Source: Octopus sinensis
Lineage: Eukaryota
Assembly (NCBI RefSeq): GCF_006345805.1
Contig: NC_043005.1
Coordinates: forward strand, 104,284,001-104,348,000
Direction: 5' to 3'
DNA length: 64,000 bases
Shown: piece by piece, positions 62,606-64,000 of the stretch
Layout: each line of letters begins with the position of its first letter
How positions within the stretch are numbered: the first letter of the stretch is position 1
Notes under the pieces: generated by a model
Told to the model about the DNA's origin: nothing
The model's input: the letters and a program-made list of their open reading frames with translations, nothing else
Databases searched by the model: none
Translations under genes and position numbers: made by a program

Positions 62606-64000
62606 CTGAAAATCCAAGCTGTCTTTCTACTAAATGGAAATATATTCATAAACATCTACTCATTGACACGTTTTCTAAATTTGGCACTGAGTCACAGAAT
62701 CAGAATCGATAAAATATATCTAGCAATCTAGTATTTACGAATTCAGGACAGGATGCTACTTCATAAAGACATTATGATTGTTGTTGTTGTTGCTATCGTT
62801 GTCGTTGTTGTTATTGGTGTTGCTAAAATCATCATTATCATCATCATGGTCATTGTACTTGTTGCTCGTATTGTTATTGCCATCTTGCCAGAGTCGTCGT
62901 TATCACTCCTGTCGTAGAAATCGCGATTATTAGGAAGAAAAAAGAAAACGTTAGATAAATTTAGTCAAGAGATTTAAAAAGCAACAAAATCAACAACAAC
63001 AACAACAAAAACAACGACAACAACATCGGTATATCTCTTTTAGACAATGCGATTTACAATTTACATCTCATTATGATTGTTGCAGACATCATAACATTTA
63101 TGTATTGAGCTCTTTGAAAGAGTTGAAAATTTCATTTACATACATAAACTAAAGTTTGAATGTAAAAATAATTGACCCAATGTTAATATTTCTTAAGCTA
63201 GCCTTTTCCATTGATCGACCGAGTTCCATATTGGAGCGGCTTTCTATTCTCATTGGAGCTTATTCTAAATCAAAACATGTCTCCTCTTTTAAAATATAAG
63301 AATTCGTTAATATTCCCCTTCGGATGACACTTTATCATTTTAGACACCAAAAGTTCTTCATGGGGTGATATGTCTAAACAAGAGCCAGAAAAGATTTGCT
63401 GTTAGGAATCACATTTGTCTTAGTGCCTCATTTAGTAATTGTAACAATTTTGTGCAAAATTCTTACCATTCATAGACATATACATATGTACACATATATC
63501 TACACAGACACGGATACACACACGTGCACGCATATACATATAAACATAGATATATATCTATACATAAAAGATATACATAGATATTTATATACGAGTGCTC
63601 GTATACCTTTATATCGTTTATTTACATGCAGGACATACAGTCACATACAAACACACACACACACACACACACGCAACTAATAGTGAAGGATTATCAATCC
63701 GGGCAAGCTCTTTGTTGGGACTCCAGGCTAGCAATATTAGTGAAGAACTCCAGGTAATCTTGTAATAGTGTCCAAGGTTACGTTTCATCACAATTCTATA
63801 TTGCAAATCCGTAGATTTTTACACAGAGTAATATATCAGAAACAAGTTAAAATAATGATCAATACACATTTTTTTTTATTAGAGCAATTATGGCTGACAG
63901 CTGTTTCCAGTATTCATTACCGATAAGTTTATTCAATTGGTCTATTGATCAATTGAGGAAAATTGAACGATCTAAGAAAATTAATCCTACTTTCATCAGA

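Overview
AT-rich, microsatellite-dense animal genomic DNA. The SINE families and repeat content point to an octopus (inference). No rRNA, tRNA gene or CRISPR array is supported, and most ORF-track entries are microsatellite artefacts. The window contains: (i) four decayed Penelope-like elements (PLEs), two Neptune-type and two Nematis-like; (ii) more than ten hammerhead ribozyme (HHR) or HHR-like motifs, mostly in head-to-head fold-backs whose HHR-sense 3' ends abut (TA)n tracts; (iii) tRNA-derived SINEs, non-autonomous Helitrons, mariner/hAT remnants, an R4/Dong-like remnant and a decayed gag-like CCHC ORF; (iv) a hierarchical tandem plus inverted duplication at about 40.6-50 kb; (v) small phase-compatible candidate exons of one or two unidentified minus-strand genes. 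The most interesting signal is three sequence-divergent non-coding retrozyme-like elements at 4.6-5.4 kb (361-nt unit), 28.4-28.7 kb (truncated) and 36.4-37.6 kb (353-nt unit). Two carry a type I HHR. All three share a covarying multi-hairpin domain, and their arms end at the same structural position within it. This suggests a circular-RNA template with a defined reverse-transcriptase landing site and twin priming at microsatellites (inference; novelty not verifiable without database searches).
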